Assembly: GCA_949297275.1 (NCBI GenBank)
Contig: CASFQR010000001.1
Location: 93 to 64,092, forward strand
Length of the DNA stretch: 64,000 nucleotides
Source: an uncultured bacterium
GTDB taxonomy: Bacteria; Bacillota_I; Bacilli_A; RFN20; CAG-826
Reading direction: 5' to 3'
In this document: piece after piece, positions 63,922-64,000 of the stretch
How positions within the stretch are numbered: the stretch's first letter is position 1
Layout of the letters: each line of letters opens with the position of its first letter
Notes under the pieces: generated by a model
Database searches by the model: none
What the model saw: the letters and a program-made list of their open reading frames with translations, nothing else
Told to the model about the DNA's origin: nothing
Translations under genes and position numbers: made by a program

Positions 63922-64000
63922 AACTTTTTCCTCCTGCGTTTTCTAAAGAAGAGCGAACACTACCCTTCTCACCATATGGAGATTTGGAGGCCGTTTTGAT

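Noticed and set aside
1-64000. Mycoplasma/Spiroplasma genetic code (TGA = Trp)
   Set aside because: The long ORFs are complete and end appropriately under the standard code. Conserved Trp positions, such as GH53 'PKAW' and GH3 'TDWG', use TGG. Code 11 explains the data.
63925-64000. Possible 3' end of another minus-strand gene running off the right edge
   Set aside because: Only about 25 codons are visible and no motif can be read, so there is too little sequence to call.

Overview
Strongly AT-rich segment that uses the standard genetic code (long ORFs end at TGA and Trp is TGG, so not Mycoplasma code 4). Lipoprotein-box signal peptides and very large OppA and MsmK homologues suggest a low-GC Firmicutes or Acholeplasma/Erysipelotrichia-like organism; this is inference only. 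Nearly all genes lie on the minus strand. All calls come from reading the ORF translations and the DNA by eye; no database search was run.

Blocks, left to right:
(1) 0.2-4.7 kb: flippase-like membrane protein, TetR regulator, BspA-type LRR surface protein.
(2) 4.7-11.6 kb: oppABCDF oligopeptide ABC operon.
(3) 11.8-15.4 kb: envelope and glycan genes.
(4) 15.7-20.2 kb: anaerobic ribonucleotide reductase set. nrdG and trxB sit next to an nrdD that carries a C-terminal redoxin domain.
(5) 20.5-22.9 kb: nucleotidyltransferase-fold protein and an AAA_14/DUF4143 ATPase, with a 4 x 32-bp tandem repeat upstream of the ATPase.
(6) 22.9-39.6 kb: galactan-utilisation locus. It has three GH53 endo-galactanases, a CBM-rich lipoprotein, a sugar ABC importer, an AraC regulator and an MsmK-type ATPase, plus an uncharacterised trio of genes.
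(7) 40.7-45.1 kb: the most unusual unit. An S-box (SAM-I-like) riboswitch with a terminator/antiterminator precedes a translationally coupled operon: MoxR-class AAA+ ATPase, 152-aa unknown, HExxH-metallopeptidase/vWA protein, divergent MetK-family SAM synthetase.
(8) 45.2-49.8 kb: accessory cluster next to the CRISPR array. It encodes an ADP-ribosylglycohydrolase, an FtsK-gamma wHTH fused to a HAD phosphatase, a TM-less FtsH-like AAA+/M41 protease, and a wHTH (possibly WYL-like) protein.
(9) 49.9-58.4 kb: complete type II-A CRISPR-Cas. The order is tracrRNA, cas9, cas1, cas2, csn2, leader, then 37 full repeats plus one decayed repeat on an exact 66-bp period.
(10) 58.7-64 kb: domain-permuted GH3 glycosidase, degraded IS66 transposase, a tRNA 3'-end fragment (possible att scar), a second DUF4143 ATPase, and a small repeat-containing ORF.
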